DNA from: Eutreptiella sp. 'Long Island Sound 2002'
Taxonomy: Eukaryota; Protista; Euglenida
Length of the DNA: 64,000 bases
Assembly: GCA_964036045.1 (NCBI GenBank)
Contig: OZ038378.1
Location: 28,148,001-28,212,000 of the forward strand
Direction of reading: 5' to 3'
Position numbers and translations under genes: made by a program. Numbering within the stretch: the stretch's first letter is position 1; each line of letters starts with the position of its first letter. Below the pieces are notes generated by a model. The model ran no database searches and was not told the origin of the DNA. It saw only the letters and a program-made list of their open reading frames with translations. Positions 61,401 to 64,000 of this stretch are shown here, piece by piece.

Positions 61401-63590
61401 TCCCCTACGCCCCTATGCAGCACCACACTACACCCCTGTGCCCCTATCCAACCACACGCTGCACCCCTATGCGATCCCGTGCTAGCGCCCCTGCACCGCT
61501 CCACGGTGCGCCCCTGCGCAGCCCCACACTGCGCCCATGTGCCGCCCCATGCCGCGCCCTTGGGCGACCCCGCGCTCCGCAACTGCGTTGCCTCTCATTG
61601 CGCTACAGCGCAGCCCCATGCTACGCCCCTGTGCAGCCCCAGGCCGCGCCCTTGCGCCGCCTCACGTTGCGCCCTTGCGCAACCACACACTACACCCCTA
61701 CGCAACCCCACAAGTCGCCCCTGAGCACACACTGCGCCCCTGCACATCCCCACGCCGCGCCCGTGCGCCGCCTCACGCAATGCCCTTGCGCAGCTCCACA
61801 TTGCGGCCCTGCGCAGCCCCACACTGCGCCCCTGTGCAGCCCCAAGCTGCCCCCTGCGCGACCTCGCACTGCGCCTATATGCAGCCACATGCTCCGCCCC
61901 TGGGCAGCTCCACGCTGCGCCCACCCGCAGCCCTGCGATGTGCCCTTGTCGCTCGCAGCCACACGCTTCGCTCTTGCGCGGCCCCATTGTCCGCCCCTAT
62001 CCCTGCCCGGCCCCACGCTTCGCCACTGCGTAGTCTTGCGATGTGCCACTGTCCTTGCACAGCGACGCGCTGCGCCCCTGCACGGCCCCGTGGTGCGCCC
62101 CAGCGGAGCCCCACGCCGCGTCCCTGCGCAGCCCCAAGCTGAGCCCTTGCGCAACCCCGCACTGGCCCCTTTCCCCGCACGGCCCCGCGCTACGCCCCTA
62201 CGTAGCCCCGTCTTGTGCCCTTGTTCCTACATAGCCACACCCAGCGAACCCCCCTCCCCCCGCCTCGGCAGCGCGACACTAGCATCCTCGTGGTGTGGCA
62301 CCAGTCGCATAATGGCGTTGCCGGAAGCTTGTGTTCACGTGTCCCCGCTCACCTTGCACCCCACGCTAAGCACCCACCGGTTGCCAACCACCCCTGGGTG
62401 ACGCGCTGGTGGCGTTTTCGGTACGCCAAGGGCCTGTGGTGAGCTTTCCCCGTAGCCCTCCGCTCACCCTGCGTAGTCTCACATTGTGCCCCATTACGGC
62501 CCCACGCTGCGCCCCAGTGTTGCCGCCTGCTGTGGCCCTGTGCAGCAGCACGCTGTGTTCCGGCGTAGCCGCCCGGTGTGACCCCGCACAGCCACGCGTT
62601 GTGTTCCTACGCAGCCACACGGTGCGCCCTTGAGTTCCTGCACAGTCCCATACTGTGCCCCCGCACACTAGTGCGTTGTGCCCCTGCACAGTGCCACGCT
62701 GGGCCCCAACGTAGCTACACGCTATGTTTCTGTGCGGCCACACGATGCGCCCCTCCGCCCCCCCACGTGGCGTCCCTGTGCAGCCCCACACTGTGCCCCT
62801 GCACAGCCCCACGCTGCCCCCTTGCGCCACCCCACACTCTGCCCCTTTTCCTACGCAGCACGGCATTGTGTCCCTGCACAGCCCCACTCTGCGCCCTTGC
62901 GCAACCCCACATCGTGCCTTTGCGGAGCCCCACACCGCACCCCTATGCAGCCACGCACTGCGCCGGAGTCCCTACACAGCCACACATTGCGCCCCTGCGC
63001 ATCCCCACGCTTCACCCCTGCGCAATCCCATGCCGCCCCCCTGCGTAGCCGCACGCTACGCCCCTTCCCGTGCACAGCCACCCGCTGCGCCCCTGTGCAG
63101 CCCCAGACTGCGCTCCTACGCAGCCCTTCGCCGCGCCCCCGCGTAGCTCCACGCTTCTTTCGTGTGCAACACCACATTGCGCCGCGACGTTCGCCCATGT
63201 TCCTGCACGGCTCCATGCTCTACTCCTGTGCAGCCATGCGCTGCGCCCCTTCGCAGCCCCACGGTGCACGGCTGTGCAGCCCCGAGCCCTACCCCTGTCC
63301 CTGCGCGGGCCCACGTGTTGTGTCCCTGCGTAGCCACCCGTTGCGCTCCTACGCAGTCCAACACTGCGCCCCTGCACTATATGGCATTCTGCCTCTACGC
63401 TGGCCCATGCTACGCCCTTGCGCGGTCCCACGCAGCGCCCCCACACGGGCTCACACTGCCCCTTGTTGCGCTCCTCCTTTATGACCCCACGCTGCGCCGC
63501 TGCGCGGACCCACACTGTGCCCCAACTCATCCTTGCGTTGTTGTCCTGCGCAGCCCTATGCGGTGCCCTTGCGCACCCACATGAGCGGTC
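58472..63590. repeat. ~5-kb degenerate GC-rich satellite of GCGCCCCTGCGCAGCCCCAC-like units (also 56700-56876)
   Basis: Hundreds of diverged short units with C-rich + strand. It generates long spurious ORFs in all frames. Confidence 0.92.
60207..60385 (-). pseudogene. Ty3/Gypsy-type reverse transcriptase fragment embedded in the satellite
   Basis: IVTVIDLKHGYRQIPF..ES..TAMSTPLG, then after a frameshift WEVTPMGVTNGNA. This matches the DL..GY.QIP / TAF.TP.G / MPFG..NA region. Confidence 0.75.
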
Positions 63591-64000
63591 CCCCTCCCCA
63601 CCAAGAAAGGCAACACCACCACACCAACGCGCAGCACCCCCCCCCCCCCTTCACACGAAACTTTTCCGGCTAGTGACAGCCCCCTGTGGCGCGGGCTGTG
63701 CTGTCACTCGCCCGCTTCGGCCCACCCTGACGGGACGGAGTAAACGGCGCTATGGATCGTTGGGGGCGATTCGTTCTGGCAGCCCCTCTTCGGCTTTGCC
63801 GTCGCCTGGGGCGGGCCAATCAGAATCTAGCATCCAAAATCCCCCCACCACCTCAAATTGCCCCACCTGGACCCCCCCTCCCTCCCACCAACCCTCCGGG
63901 CCGCCCATCCTTTAGCCCCCCCCCCCCCGCCGCCCACTTTGGCCCACTTCTACTCGGGGTTGGGGGGGGGTTGCATACAAAAGCGAGGAGACGGCCCCCA

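Larger units (their letters stand above)
51922..64000. mobile_element. Large sister copy of the 22489-24387 element, with internal duplications and a ~7.6-kb nested insertion (~56210-63850); right TIR cut by the window end
   Basis: The left end CACAGGGGGGTTGTCTTCTC and the following ~300 bp match 22489-22790. Segment 63850-64000 matches 24220-24384. Confidence 0.8.

Noticed and set aside
58472-63530. Long ORFs such as 60860..62401 (513 aa), 59178..60386 and 62678..63484
   Set aside because: Artefacts of a GC-rich satellite lacking stop codons; the translations are low-complexity A/P/C/R/L.

Overview
This is eukaryotic, repeat-dominated genomic DNA. No rRNA, intact tRNA, CRISPR array or operon could be supported. 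The taxon cannot be established from the window; a euglenid-like protist is a guess based on repeat style and acceptor-like AGs just upstream of start codons. There are three credible host-type genes. (1) A 4-exon GT-AG gene, join(37968..38339,38880..39221,40906..41729,43302..43911), 715 aa, for a secreted right-handed beta-helix protein (GH141-like by motif). (2) An orphan CDS at 8759..9664. (3) An orphan CDS or first exon at 46319..46852. The rest is a nest of mobile elements, several with ends and target-site duplications (TSDs) readable by eye. These include a pair of Harbinger/PIF-type elements (3-bp TSDs TTA and TGT) whose DDE transposase ends in a B-box-like zinc finger, an hAT-type MITE (TSD ATTCAGGT), and a 1.9-kb TIR element (TSD TACCCGCC) whose removal restores an ORF in an older TIR element. 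Also present are a ~12-kb sister copy with nested insertions, a decayed LINE with apparent RNaseH-APE-RT order, a decayed Ulp1-protease + PHD-finger ORF, and Penelope-like and Gypsy RT remnants. There are also two tRNA-derived heads, a 72-bp double-hairpin minisatellite and a 5-kb GC-rich satellite. All protein family calls come from motif recognition by eye, not database searches.
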